A DNA stretch of 64,000 nucleotides from Candidatus Terraquivivens tengchongensis (GCA_023261845.1 JALNJZ010000006.1:19113-83112); one strand, 5' to 3'. Positions 27,770 to 36,784 are shown, numbered from the stretch's first letter. The notes: a model not told the origin generated them from the sequence alone. Made by a program: numbers and translations.

Positions 27770-30728
27770 GAGGTTTGTAGAAGAGAAGTTGCCATTAACT
27801 CTTTTGAATAAGCTTAGTGCTAAAGAGTCGGGTTTTATTCGGATTCCAAAAATTCATAATATCCATACGTGGTTTGCTAGGAGGCCAGCTGGCGCTGCTC
27901 GTGCATTGACTTTAGCGGCTGTATTGCCGAAACATGTTGAGGAGAATATTTACAATAAGATTTCGTCTCTGGTAGATGCTGAAAGATTAGATAAAGTAAT
28001 TTATATTGTTAACCCAGACAGGGATACTATTAATAGTAAATTGAAAAGTTTCATCGGTAAAAGCGCAAAGGATGTTGTTGTTTGTGATCCTATGGCTGGT
28101 GGTGGCAGTATTCCTCTTGAGGCTTTGAGGCTTGGTTTTAGGACTATTGCGGTTGAGTATAATCCTGTTGCCTATCTGGTTTTGAGGGCTTCTGTGGAGT
28201 TTCCAGCCAAATATGCTGATTCGGGGCTTTTTGAAGAAACATTGAAGGCTTCTAAAGAGTTTGTTAGTAGGGCTAGAGAAGAGCTTGGCAAGTATTATGG
28301 TGAGGATGCTGAGAACTACATTTTTGCTCGTGGTGTGAGGTGTCCATTCTGTGGCGGGCTTATTCCAATTCAGGGGATTGAACCGGCGATAACTAAGGCG
28401 CCGAGGTTCAAGAAAAGGTTCTTGAAAATAACTTATGACAAGGAGAAGAAGACTTTCTCTGCTGAAACAACAGATAAAGCCATAGCATCTGGAACCATTG
28501 CTAAACGTGGAAACAATATTAAATGTCCTTACGATGGCTGTGGAAAATGGTTCCAACTACGTGGGCAAGCGAAAGGAGAAACAACAGCCTTTGACCAATG
28601 GTTTTACGAACATGCAAAAATGATGGAAAGCATCGTTGAGGGTTTCGCTCCAATTACTGGCGAGCTTGAAGAGAAAATGCTTAACCTACACATTTCACTG
28701 GTAAAGCAGGTTGGCAACAGTTTTCAAGCAATATGGGACGAAAGAATAGAAAAAGGAAAGTTTGTGGATGCTTTGCATGCTCTTAGCAATGAGCTTTTAG
28801 AACTTCAAAACTACATCCCTCTGGACGAGATTTCGGCGGATAACGTTTGGGCTAGCACTGCGGTAAGCAAGGGATTGACGAAGTGGTATATGCTCTACAA
28901 CCCAAGACAACTACTGGCCATAGCGAAACTATCAAAAATTGTGGCTGAAACCGCCGAGAAACTAACTTCAAAAGATGGAGAGTTTGGAGCAGCAGTAGCC
29001 ACATACATTGCATTGGCGTTAGACAAGATAATAGACTACAACACTATAGCCACCCATTGGCAAGGAACAGGCTTTAAAACTGGTATTGCACACACTTTGC
29101 GGGGTGAGAGCACCCTTGACTTCAGAAAAGAATACTGCGAAATAAAACGTGTAGACGAAGCATTGATGTGGACTTTGGAACCTGATGTCGCTGAATCAGA
29201 CGTTCTAACAAAAACAACTGGTGGGGTTCTCCCAGTATTAAAATTCCTCTGCGATGAGTTTAGAAGCGCAGATGCTAAAGAAAAGGTAAACGTCTATTTG
29301 GGTGATGCCACTCAGCTTTCTTCCATTTTAGGCATAAAATCTATTGACCTTATTAATGTTGATCCACCCTACTTCGAGCAGGTAATATATAGCGACAGAA
29401 GCGAGTTCTTCTGGGTTATACTCCGCAGATCCCTAGCTCCAGCCCTAGAACTCTTATTCAAACCAAACCTCAAACTCTCCAATTGGACATGGACAAGCCC
29501 CACAGTGCCAAGAGAAAGAGAAGTTGTAACCTACGACAAAGAAGACACGCAGGGAAGATTCCGCAAATTCTTCACCGACTTCATAACAGAAACCTCAAAA
29601 GTCCTAAAAGACGACGGAGTCCTAACCCTCTGGTTCACGCATCCCACAGCACTAGCATGGCGGGTTGTCAGCGAATCCCTATACCAAAACGGCTACGTAG
29701 TCCCAAAAGTCTGGCCCCTACAAACAGAAATGAAAACCCGCTACAAAAAACACGTAAACATAGTAGCTCAAGAAATGAGCCTAGTAATAGTAGGCCGCAA
29801 ATACCCACGCCAAAAACTACTGGAAGTGTCGCCCCAAGACGTTAAGGGAAGCCTTATGGAAAACCCCCTATTCACAAAGACAGTTGAAGAAACAGTAGAA
29901 GACACAAGAAAAATAATCATGGAAGCAAACGCCTCCCCAGCCGACACAGCCGCCCTAATGTTCGGAACAGCCCTCAGCGTAGCCTCCCGCTTCGAACTAC
30001 CAATAGGCGCAACCTTCACAGACCTATACGACACAGCCATAACCGCCGTAATATCAAGATACACAGAACCCCTAATCTACAAGGTGCTAACCCAAATAGG
30101 ACCCCAAAAACTAGACGAAAATACAGCCCAAAAAATAGCCAAAAATATAGCCCAAGCCATGCTATGGGACCCAGCAACCCGCTCATACCTGACGTTATGG
30201 CTAATATCCCGCGTAGACCTCGCCACAGCAAAAATACGCCAAGAACCCTTAGGCTTGCATTTTGACCTCGTCCAAACAGTAGGCAAACTATGCGGCTTCG
30301 GCATAGAAAACCTAAAACACTACAGCCTCATAACAGAAAAAACCATAAACAAAACAGGAAAAGCCTACTACCCCCAATTCCTAGAAATGCTAACCCTACC
30401 AGGCGGACAAACCTACCCAGACAGACTAATGCAGGTAGCCCCAGGATTGGCGACAATCCTAGCCCGCATGGCCATGACAGAAAGCGGAGACCCAGCAGCC
30501 AGAGCAAAAACCATAAAGGCGAAAATGAGCATGCACAGCGACAGAGAACTCTCAAGCTGCGCCGCCCTAGCCACAATCCTACTAGAAACCGCACGCGACC
30601 AAGACTTAGGCTATAGAATAACAGACAAAACAAAAATAACAGGATACTTCCCAGGCATGGACGAAAGCGAAATAGCAAAACTCGTAAGAGAATTAGCTAT
30701 AAAAACCCTAACACACTTAGTCTTTTAA
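27759..30728 (+). CDS. DUF1156-type N6-adenine DNA methyltransferase with inserted Zn-ribbon (PglX/PglXI-like)
   Basis: HTWFARRP at aa 36-43 is the DUF1156 N-terminal hallmark. SAM motif I VVCDPMAGGGSIPLEA at aa 108-123. Cys4 ribbon CPFC (aa 195-198) and CPYDGC (aa 256-261). Catalytic motif IV NVDPPYF at aa 533-539. SD-like GAGGG lies 11 nt upstream of the ATG. Confidence 0.8.
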   Translation: MSFERFVEEKLPLTLLNKLSAKESGFIRIPKIHNIHTWFARRPAGAARALTLAAVLPKHVEENIYNKISSLVDAERLDKVIYIVNPDRDTINSKLKSFIGKSAKDVVVCDPMAGGGSIPLEALRLGFRTIAVEYNPVAYLVLRASVEFPAKYADSGLFEETLKASKEFVSRAREELGKYYGEDAENYIFARGVRCPFCGGLIPIQGIEPAITKAPRFKKRFLKITYDKEKKTFSAETTDKAIASGTIAKRGNNIKCPYDGCGKWFQLRGQAKGETTAFDQWFYEHAKMMESIVEGFAPITGELEEKMLNLHISLVKQVGNSFQAIWDERIEKGKFVDALHALSNELLELQNYIPLDEISADNVWASTAVSKGLTKWYMLYNPRQLLAIAKLSKIVAETAEKLTSKDGEFGAAVATYIALALDKIIDYNTIATHWQGTGFKTGIAHTLRGESTLDFRKEYCEIKRVDEALMWTLEPDVAESDVLTKTTGGVLPVLKFLCDEFRSADAKEKVNVYLGDATQLSSILGIKSIDLINVDPPYFEQVIYSDRSEFFWVILRRSLAPALELLFKPNLKLSNWTWTSPTVPREREVVTYDKEDTQGRFRKFFTDFITETSKVLKDDGVLTLWFTHPTALAWRVVSESLYQNGYVVPKVWPLQTEMKTRYKKHVNIVAQEMSLVIVGRKYPRQKLLEVSPQDVKGSLMENPLFTKTVEETVEDTRKIIMEANASPADTAALMFGTALSVASRFELPIGATFTDLYDTAITAVISRYTEPLIYKVLTQIGPQKLDENTAQKIAKNIAQAMLWDPATRSYLTLWLISRVDLATAKIRQEPLGLHFDLVQTVGKLCGFGIENLKHYSLITEKTINKTGKAYYPQFLEMLTLPGGQTYPDRLMQVAPGLATILARMAMTESGDPAARAKTIKAKMSMHSDRELSSCAALATILLETARDQDLGYRITDKTKITGYFPGMDESEIAKLVRELAIKTLTHLVF

Positions 30729-30747
30729 ATAGAAAGAGGCAGTAGCC

Positions 30748-33700
30748 TTGAAAACCATAGGCCAAATTTTCCAACTGAAAGAATCCCTTCTAGAAATAAA
30801 GTCAGAACTAACACCAAGCTTCGACGAAGTAATAAGAAGCTACCTAGGCCAACATGTAAAAACAAAATTCAAAGACCCCGCCTACACAACAGAAATCACA
30901 TACCCTACACCTCCACTCCAAACCTTCATCAAAAGAATCCTTGAAGGCCTAACAATACCAACAGTTCAAGGCACATACCTAATAAGAGGATTCGGCTTCG
31001 GAAAAACCCACGCCATAATACTCCTCTGGCACATGCTAAACTCAAAAGAAGGAGCAAACTCCCAACTAGCCAAACAATTCGGCCTAAAAGAAAACATAGC
31101 CCAAGAAACCCTAGCCCTAGGAATAGACTTCAGCAAAGAACAACCCTTCCCCCACCTATTCAACCAGCTAGAAGCCATAGCAAAAAGACAACCAGAACAA
31201 TGGCAAATAAAAGACCCAAGGCTTTCCCAAGCCATAATAGAAGTAACCAGAGAAATAAGCAGAACCAAAGCCCTAGCCCTACCCTCAGAAGAACTCGCAA
31301 ACCTAATAATCAAAATACTAGAAAAATATAGGGAAGCGAAAGCTAATCCGAGGCTTCTACTCCTAATAGATGAACTTGGAATAGGAATAATCAGCAGACT
31401 TACAAGCTACATAGAAACCCAAAACGAGGAAAAATACGGCGAAATCGAATACATAACCAACTTCATAGAACAACTCTACACAAAACTAAGCGGAAAAGGC
31501 ATACCAGCCTACATCATAGTCGCCCTCGCAGAACAAGACATCAGAGAAATAGACCACATATACCTCCAACAAGCAGACAAACCCATAATCCAAACAAAAA
31601 TAGACGGCCTAAGAAAACGCCTCAACATCCTAAAAGAACGACTAAGCAGAGCAGTCGGGGGCCTAGGCGAAGAAGCTGCACTATCCTATGACCCAGAACA
31701 CGCCATAAACATAGCAAAACACAGAGTCTTCAAAAAAATCGAAGAGGAAAAAGACATAGAAAAAACCCTAATAGCATACCTAACTCTACAAGCCCAACAA
31801 TACAACCTCCAAGAAACCTTCGAAACCTACAAAGAACAAATCAAAAACTACTATCCGCTTTCCCCAAGCATGATTTGGCTGTTCCGGAAAATCCTAAACC
31901 CCTACGACGCTCCTGGAACAGAATACGTAAGAACAACCCTAAACATACTCGCAGAAGCCGCCGAAAACGCCCTAACATACGAGCCCCACAAGTCGCTAAC
32001 CGTAAGCGCAAAACACCTCTCCATAGGACGGGCAGGCGTAATCGACCTCATGGGAGACTTCGAAGCAGAATGGGCCAGCACAGCCTCAGACATAGAACAC
32101 GCCATAAAATCAGCAAATCCAGAAATACAAAAAGCCGTAGACATAGTCGCCAAACAAATACTTGCAAAAGGCACAACAGCCAACGTTACAGCCCTCATAG
32201 AAGTAAGAGACATAAAAGAAATCAAAAGATACGCCGTTTCACCAGAAGAAATGCAAATAGACATACTAACCACGCTACCCTCAGAAGAAGCAACCAAAAC
32301 CATAACACAACTCCAAGAGGCCATAGAATACCTAAAAACACAAAGCGCAAGAATCGAAGAAAAAGAACATGAAAAACAAAAATTCTATCTGCCATCCCCA
32401 ATGAGAACAATCTACGACAAACTTGCAGCCTTTGTAGCAGAACACAAAAGGATACTTGAAGAACCAACCCAATTACCAGGATACCTACAACAAGCAAACC
32501 TGCCTAGCCTCCTATACAGCCCAAAAGCAGCAATACCATCAAGAGAAAAAGAAGTCACAATACTTCTAAAGGAATACAACACTGTCACAAATGCTGAAGA
32601 ACTCATAAACAGTGTGGACGTAAGAGATGCTCAAAACGAAGGAAACCTCTCCATAATAGTTGTCCCACCATGGGACGCCTTTCTCTTCAACGAACTCTAC
32701 CAAAGAAAAACAGACTACCATACCCTCACAAACACAATAGCCCAAAAACTCCAAAGCATAAATCTGGCAGGAAAAATCAGCCACCCCTTACACCTATTAG
32801 TCCTCATACCAAACATAAACCAAGACAAACTGACACGACTAATAGACGACGTAATATCATACGCAGCCGTAAAAGACTTCATCAAACACCTCGAAAACAA
32901 AGAAAAAATCCTAGAAGAAAAAATGTATGACTACGAAAGAACCGTCAAAAAGAGACTCACACTAAGGCTAACAGAGTTCTTAGAAGAACAACGCAAAAAA
33001 CTCGAGATAAGCCTTAAAAGCTCCATAGAACGACAAGTAAGAGACGCCAGATCATCCGCCCAAAAAGAACTCATAAAACTAACACGAAAAATAGCCACAA
33101 GTGCAATAGAACTCTACGAAGACGTAATCTATTACAGCCTACAATCCCAAAACTTCACAGCTCAAAGCCTAATCAAACTCTTCGGTGAACTATCCGGAGA
33201 AGCCTCAAAACTAGAACAAAGCGGAAAATCCTCCCTGTCAGAATACTCTCTAATCGTAAACATGTTCTTCAGAAGAGTAACAGAATCCACAGGATTCTCA
33301 TGGGAGCCAGACACCATAGCAGAAGCCATATACAAACACTACAAGGCAGAAATTGAAAGTGGAGTAATCCGAAAACAAGACAGGATAAACGAAATAGTTG
33401 AAAACTCACTTCTCGGCACATACGAAGTAAAACCACTAAGCTCTAAAGTAGTTCAAGAAGCCATCCAAAAACTAAACGGCAAAACAATAGAAGCTGAAAA
33501 CAAAAAAGTAACATTAAAAGTCGACGAAAAAACCAACCGGATAATCTTTAAAATAGAGGAAATAAAGCCGCCAGAAATAATAACAGAAGAAAAACCCACC
33601 GAAATACCACCAGAAGAAATACCCGTTCCAACAGAAGACCGCCCCGCAATTGCTGAAAAAACCCTTGGAGAAGTCATAATCGAAGTAGACCAAAACTTCA

Positions 33701-34011
33701 ATTATGAAGATTTCAAACAAAAATTAGACTCACTTTATCAAACCTATGGAACACTAATAAGCTCCATAAAAATCGGGACAAGCGGAAACTTCATCAGAGT
33801 AACTTTTGACTTCCTAGGTTCAAAACACTCAACCACCACAATTATTAGCGCAGCAAGATTCCTCAGACAAATCTCAAACATGTATAAGGCCACCCCGCAA
33901 CTTGAAATCAAGTTCACAAGCCCACTTCCAGAAGAGAAGCTCCAAGAAATACTCGGCTCATTCTTCACTAAAAAAGTGAGAAGAAGCTGGGATCGACTTC
34001 TACCGAGTTAA
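30748..34011 (+). CDS. Large P-loop NTPase, DUF499/COG1483-like (BrxC/PglY-like), TTG start
   Basis: 1087 aa. Walker A GFGFGKTH at aa 81-88. Walker B LLLLIDELG with D208/E209. Long alpha-helical C-terminal two-thirds and a Pro/Glu-rich linker (aa about 930-960). The gap from the MTase gene is 19 nt. Confidence 0.65.
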   Translation: MKTIGQIFQLKESLLEIKSELTPSFDEVIRSYLGQHVKTKFKDPAYTTEITYPTPPLQTFIKRILEGLTIPTVQGTYLIRGFGFGKTHAIILLWHMLNSKEGANSQLAKQFGLKENIAQETLALGIDFSKEQPFPHLFNQLEAIAKRQPEQWQIKDPRLSQAIIEVTREISRTKALALPSEELANLIIKILEKYREAKANPRLLLLIDELGIGIISRLTSYIETQNEEKYGEIEYITNFIEQLYTKLSGKGIPAYIIVALAEQDIREIDHIYLQQADKPIIQTKIDGLRKRLNILKERLSRAVGGLGEEAALSYDPEHAINIAKHRVFKKIEEEKDIEKTLIAYLTLQAQQYNLQETFETYKEQIKNYYPLSPSMIWLFRKILNPYDAPGTEYVRTTLNILAEAAENALTYEPHKSLTVSAKHLSIGRAGVIDLMGDFEAEWASTASDIEHAIKSANPEIQKAVDIVAKQILAKGTTANVTALIEVRDIKEIKRYAVSPEEMQIDILTTLPSEEATKTITQLQEAIEYLKTQSARIEEKEHEKQKFYLPSPMRTIYDKLAAFVAEHKRILEEPTQLPGYLQQANLPSLLYSPKAAIPSREKEVTILLKEYNTVTNAEELINSVDVRDAQNEGNLSIIVVPPWDAFLFNELYQRKTDYHTLTNTIAQKLQSINLAGKISHPLHLLVLIPNINQDKLTRLIDDVISYAAVKDFIKHLENKEKILEEKMYDYERTVKKRLTLRLTEFLEEQRKKLEISLKSSIERQVRDARSSAQKELIKLTRKIATSAIELYEDVIYYSLQSQNFTAQSLIKLFGELSGEASKLEQSGKSSLSEYSLIVNMFFRRVTESTGFSWEPDTIAEAIYKHYKAEIESGVIRKQDRINEIVENSLLGTYEVKPLSSKVVQEAIQKLNGKTIEAENKKVTLKVDEKTNRIIFKIEEIKPPEIITEEKPTEIPPEEIPVPTEDRPAIAEKTLGEVIIEVDQNFNYEDFKQKLDSLYQTYGTLISSIKIGTSGNFIRVTFDFLGSKHSTTTIISAARFLRQISNMYKATPQLEIKFTSPLPEEKLQEILGSFFTKKVRRSWDRLLPS

Positions 34012-34023
34012 AAGGGAAGATCC

Positions 34024-35439
34024 TTGACAGAATTAGAAGAAAAAATCCAAAAAACATTCGGAGAAGTAGCCGTCAACAAAGGATTAGCCCTACGCCACGA
34101 AGTTGCAAGACTACCACGCTTCATATCCGAATACCTAATATCCAAATACTGCGCCGCATACCCAGACTGCGAAACAGCCTTCAGCAAACTCGCCGAAGTA
34201 GTAGCAGAAAACTTCCCAGAACCCAAAGACAAAGACCGAGTATTCTACAAGCTAAAACGTCTAGGCATAGTCCAATTAATGGACGAGTTCAAAGTAAGCA
34301 TTGACCTAAAAAGAAACCTATACCTCTTACACATACCATGCCTACAAATTTACGACGCACTGGCTGACGAAGGAATAGTCAGAAAATTTGAAAGAACACT
34401 ATCCGGAATGTGGGGCCTAGGAACACTAGAATATCGTCCAGACTTACCCGAAAACATGGACGAAACCCTCTCACCAATCCTGCTAATAGACATAGAACCC
34501 TTCCAAGTCTATAACATTGATGTTAAGGGCTTTATCGAGAACCGCCAAAAATTCACATTGGACGAGTGGATAGATCTAATAATAACAACAATTGGGCTAA
34601 ACCCCAACGCCTATTCTCCCAGACAGAAACTTTTGCAGCTAGCAAGACTAATCCCCCTCATAGAAGCAAACGTCAATCTTATGGAGTTAGGACCAAGAGC
34701 CACAGGAAAAACATATCTTTACAGGAATCTATCCCACTACACTCGCATATACTCTGGAGGTGCAATAAGTCCAGCTCGACTCTTCTTTGACGCCAGATTA
34801 CGATTGGTTGGAGATATAGCAACACATGACCTTGTTGCATTTGATGAAGTAAGCAGAATCAGATTCACAAACCCAGATGAAATGGCTGGAAAACTAAAAG
34901 ATTTTATGGTTGATGGTTTCTTTGAACGTGGCACCCTAAAAAGAGCCCATAGCGGTTGTTCTATAGTATTTCTCGGAAACATCGAAAAAGAAGAAGGCAT
35001 ACCAATTAAAGAAATAAGATACGCTCTGCCCGATATTATGCAAGATTCAGCGTTTCTGGACAGAATACACGGTCTCCTACCAGGCTGGGAAATGCCTAAA
35101 ATAATGAAAAGTGAAGAACACTTGGCCCAAGGAATAGGGTTAGCGGCAGACTATTTCGCGGAGATAATTCATGAACTGAGAAAAGAAAGCTTTAGAGATG
35201 TAATAAACGCCCATGTAGAGTTTGGAAGCAGCTTCACAATAAGGGATGAAAATGCTGTCCGAAAATTAGCTTCAGGACTAGTTAAACTACTATTCCCAAA
35301 TCGAGAATTCAATAACAATGAACTAAGACAAGTGCTCAATTTAGCAGTAGAAATGAGACAGTACATTGTAGACGAATTAAGTGAGATGTCACCCGTTGAA
35401 TTTCCGCGCAAACGTCTAGAGGTAAAAGTGAAAGGATAA
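34024..35439 (+). CDS. Lon-related AAA ATPase, BrxL-like (N-terminal ATPase module only, no protease domain)
   Basis: 471 aa. Walker A GPRATGKT at aa 223-230. Walker B DLVAFDEVSRI. Size and organisation resemble the COG4930/BrxL-family ATPase domain. The gap to the previous gene is 12 nt. Confidence 0.55.
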   Translation: MTELEEKIQKTFGEVAVNKGLALRHEVARLPRFISEYLISKYCAAYPDCETAFSKLAEVVAENFPEPKDKDRVFYKLKRLGIVQLMDEFKVSIDLKRNLYLLHIPCLQIYDALADEGIVRKFERTLSGMWGLGTLEYRPDLPENMDETLSPILLIDIEPFQVYNIDVKGFIENRQKFTLDEWIDLIITTIGLNPNAYSPRQKLLQLARLIPLIEANVNLMELGPRATGKTYLYRNLSHYTRIYSGGAISPARLFFDARLRLVGDIATHDLVAFDEVSRIRFTNPDEMAGKLKDFMVDGFFERGTLKRAHSGCSIVFLGNIEKEEGIPIKEIRYALPDIMQDSAFLDRIHGLLPGWEMPKIMKSEEHLAQGIGLAADYFAEIIHELRKESFRDVINAHVEFGSSFTIRDENAVRKLASGLVKLLFPNREFNNNELRQVLNLAVEMRQYIVDELSEMSPVEFPRKRLEVKVKG

Positions 35440-35441
35440 GA

Positions 35442-36260
35442 ATGATGGTTAATTTTACAAGCGAACTTGAAGCTATAGTTAAAACGGCATCAACCCTCAG
35501 CAACATGCCCGTAGAAGTATTCCACAGAATAATATTTTGCTCTTTCATAAAAGCTGGTCTATCAATTTACGGAGCCCAAAAAGAACAAGAAATAGAATTA
35601 GAAAACCTAATTAAAACCGTTGCTGCGCCATACCGTGGACTAGTGAATGGAAAATTATATTTGAGCGCCCTCCGCTTTGTAAAAACTTTTAACACTCTTT
35701 TAAAAAACAGCAAACGTGCAACTATACTTAAAGAGGCAGATCTTCAATATATCCTAAAATTTCTTGAAAATAAGATTGGTAAAGTTGACACCGTGTTTGT
35801 TCTCGACTGCGCATCAATCCCAGAAATCATAGCAATAGCAAGTAAATTTTCTGCTTCAAGGCGTAATACAACATTCTATGAAGAAGTTTTCATAAATCCC
35901 GTTGGCATTACGCGTTTTCTAACCGGGCAGCTTGAATCATTCAATCGCGAAAGCTACCTAGTGCAGTATGCAAAACTGTTAAAGGAAAGACTAAACGCCA
36001 ACTTCTTTACAAAAATCTCAAAGGTAGATCTTATAACACATCAGCACGGTTACACGTTAGATGGCTTTCTAAAATCCATCGAAATGCAGAAATTATTTGA
36101 CCACATAAGCCATTTCGCAAAACAAAGCTCCGTGCTTATCACGTCAGACCACGGATATGACGTAGTCGCAGATGAGCATGGACTTTATATAACACATGGT
36201 TATAAAAAGGAATGCCCACTAAATTTCAGCAGAATAGCCCTATTCCTCGTAATCGACTGA
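35442..36260 (+). CDS. Small protein with alkaline-phosphatase-superfamily-like motifs (candidate mini PglZ-like domain)
   Basis: 272 aa. FVLDCASIPE (D122-C123) and VLITSDHGYDVVADEHGLYITHGY (S235-D236-H237-G238) resemble the Asp/nucleophile and DHG metal-ligand blocks of the AP/PglZ fold. The gap to the previous gene is 2 nt. This is inference only. Confidence 0.35.
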   Translation: MMVNFTSELEAIVKTASTLSNMPVEVFHRIIFCSFIKAGLSIYGAQKEQEIELENLIKTVAAPYRGLVNGKLYLSALRFVKTFNTLLKNSKRATILKEADLQYILKFLENKIGKVDTVFVLDCASIPEIIAIASKFSASRRNTTFYEEVFINPVGITRFLTGQLESFNRESYLVQYAKLLKERLNANFFTKISKVDLITHQHGYTLDGFLKSIEMQKLFDHISHFAKQSSVLITSDHGYDVVADEHGLYITHGYKKECPLNFSRIALFLVID

Positions 36261-36271
36261 GGGGACCAAAA

Positions 36272-36784
36272 ATGGAACACAGCTACTACCTAATCTTCAA
36301 GACCAAAAAGAAAGGAAGCGAAATATCCTTCAACGTCGGGACCAAAGAAAAAACCACAACATTACTCAAATTCAGGGGACGCCGTACCGAAGAAATATTT
36401 AACAAAATTCTCAAGGCTCTAAGCAAAGTAGGATGCATAACACCCCTTCAAACGGGCAATCCTAGCGTATATTACGTAAGAGATGATGTAGGTCCAGTTT
36501 TAGGCACTTATCTCATTCTTATTCGGCGTGCACAAAAAATCGATTATTGGATAACCTTTTTAGATGAATTACTAACAGGTAAATATGCGAGACTCGGGGA
36601 AACATTCTCAACATTACTTGAGTCATCTATAGAATTGTCAAAAGCAACAATTTCAAAAAGCCAAAGGAAAGAATACACACTTTCACCTGTTATCGTTTCC
36701 TCTTTTTCATCGGCACTTAAAGTACTGGTCAAAAGGTTAAAATCATACGAAACTGAGCCCCCCGCTAAAACGTTTCATCATTAA
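36272..36784 (+). CDS. Hypothetical protein, last cargo gene of the cassette
   Basis: ATG at 36272 with SD-like GAGGGGA 8 nt upstream. An alternative ATG at 36212 overlaps the previous gene. No family recognised. Confidence 0.4.
   Translation: MEHSYYLIFKTKKKGSEISFNVGTKEKTTTLLKFRGRRTEEIFNKILKALSKVGCITPLQTGNPSVYYVRDDVGPVLGTYLILIRRAQKIDYWITFLDELLTGKYARLGETFSTLLESSIELSKATISKSQRKEYTLSPVIVSSFSSALKVLVKRLKSYETEPPAKTFHH

Noticed and set aside
29483-32930. Many Arg/Lys/His-rich alternative-frame and antisense ORFs inside the island (for example 29483-29845, 30290-30616, 31875-32372, 32670-32930, 30016-30231)
   Set aside because: These are by-products of the extreme A+C-rich, G-poor composition of the true coding frame. 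They are nested within the long MTase and ATPase ORFs and have low-complexity translations.
34024-36260. Possibility that the 471-aa and 272-aa ORFs are one BrxL gene split by a sequencing error
   Set aside because: The second ORF is in a different frame (offset 2) with only 2 nt between stop and start and an SD-like stretch. I saw no Lon protease Ser-Lys motif in the second protein. This is kept only as an alternative inside a finding.
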